Positions 63,290 through 64,000 of a stretch of DNA of 64,000 nucleotides are shown piece by piece. Both the position numbers and the translations under genes were made by a program. The notes under the pieces are model-generated. The model ran no database searches and was not told the DNA's origin. It saw only the letters and a program-made list of their open reading frames with translations. Positions within the stretch are counted from its first letter, which is position 1, and each line of letters begins with the position of its first letter. The DNA is from Phaeosaccion multiseriatum (taxonomy: Eukaryota; Protista; Ochrophyta, other classes): the NCBI GenBank assembly GCA_965112735.1, contig OZ218953.1, positions 3,534,001-3,598,000 on the forward strand. Reading direction: 5' to 3'.

Positions 63290-63886
63290 TGTTACCTGGA
63301 TGAACAAAACATCACCATCTGGGCCCACACGGAGGAGGAGTTCCGCTCCATTCTCCAGTCTGTGCTCGATGCACTCGCCAATGCCGGTTTCAAGCTCGGG
63401 CTCTCGGGTGTATCCATCGGCAACTCGCAAAAGTTCTGCGGGAAGATCTATGATGGCGACGGCGTCAAGCATGACCCTGTCAAGATCCAAGGTCTCCTCG
63501 ACCTCGAGGAGCCCAAGAACGGTGATGAGTTCATTCAATTCGTCGCCGCTGCTGGCTGGATGCGCGACTGCATCCCACGATTTGCAGAGCTCGTCGCTCC
63601 TCTGCAGGAGCTGAATCAAACTGTCTTCTCCGCAGCTGGCTGGCAACCGCAAGCAGAGACGTCACCCTGACGCCACTGCCGCTCCTACTCCTCGCACCAA
63701 GCGTGTCGCTCGCTCCATCTCCCTCTCTTCGGTGGGGTGGGGCCCTGAGCACTCCAAAGCCTTTCAAGCTCTGAAAGACGCTCTGGCTGATCAAGTCAAG
63801 CTTGCTCATCCTGACCCTGACAAGGCTCGCTGTGTCTTTCCTGATGCCAGTGATCTCCATTGGGGGAATGTGGTGACGCAAGTGCG
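63290..63886 (+). mobile_element. Degenerate Ty3/Gypsy LTR retrotransposon pol fragment (RT C-terminal half, connection, start of RNase H)
   Basis: YLDE (YxDD eroded), FCGKIYDGDGVKHDP, QFVAAAGWMRDCIPRFAELVAPL. After a frameshift near 63670: W...AFQALKDAL..LAHPDPDKARCVFPDASDLHWG.VVTQ. No LTRs seen. Confidence 0.88.
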
Positions 63887-64000
63887 CTGCTACTACTGCT
63901 GCTGCCATTCTCCTCTTCGGTGCCGGAAGCTGCTGCCTCGTTGTTCGCCTCGGATGCTGCATCTGCTGCCCCCGCGACATCATCTGAGTCAGCCACGTCC

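Overview
Intron-rich, GC-rich eukaryotic nuclear DNA with microsatellite-filled GT-AG introns. The source is probably a photosynthetic stramenopile or another alga with a red-lineage complex plastid, inferred from a signal peptide plus ASG-F motif on a plastid terminal oxidase. I support about 15 protein-coding genes by hand-splicing: the 3' part of a type I PKS, an RgpF-like secreted protein, a divergent AIF, a histidine acid phosphatase-like pseudoenzyme, a WW/FN3/EF-hand protein, a GH16 glucanase, SEC24, an SLC38/AVT transporter, PTOX, a DUF1279 protein, a p24/TMED protein and four unknowns. There is also a degenerate Ty3/Gypsy RT-RNaseH fragment. The standout is the PKS: an intact KS and an ACP, with no AT, KR or TE between or after them, are fused to a threefold repeated membrane/left-handed beta-helix terminal domain of the epsilon-poly-L-lysine synthetase (Pls, TIGR02353) type, next to a putative glycosyltransferase. 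No tRNA, rRNA or CRISPR features were recognised. All family assignments are from motif recognition by eye, not database searches.
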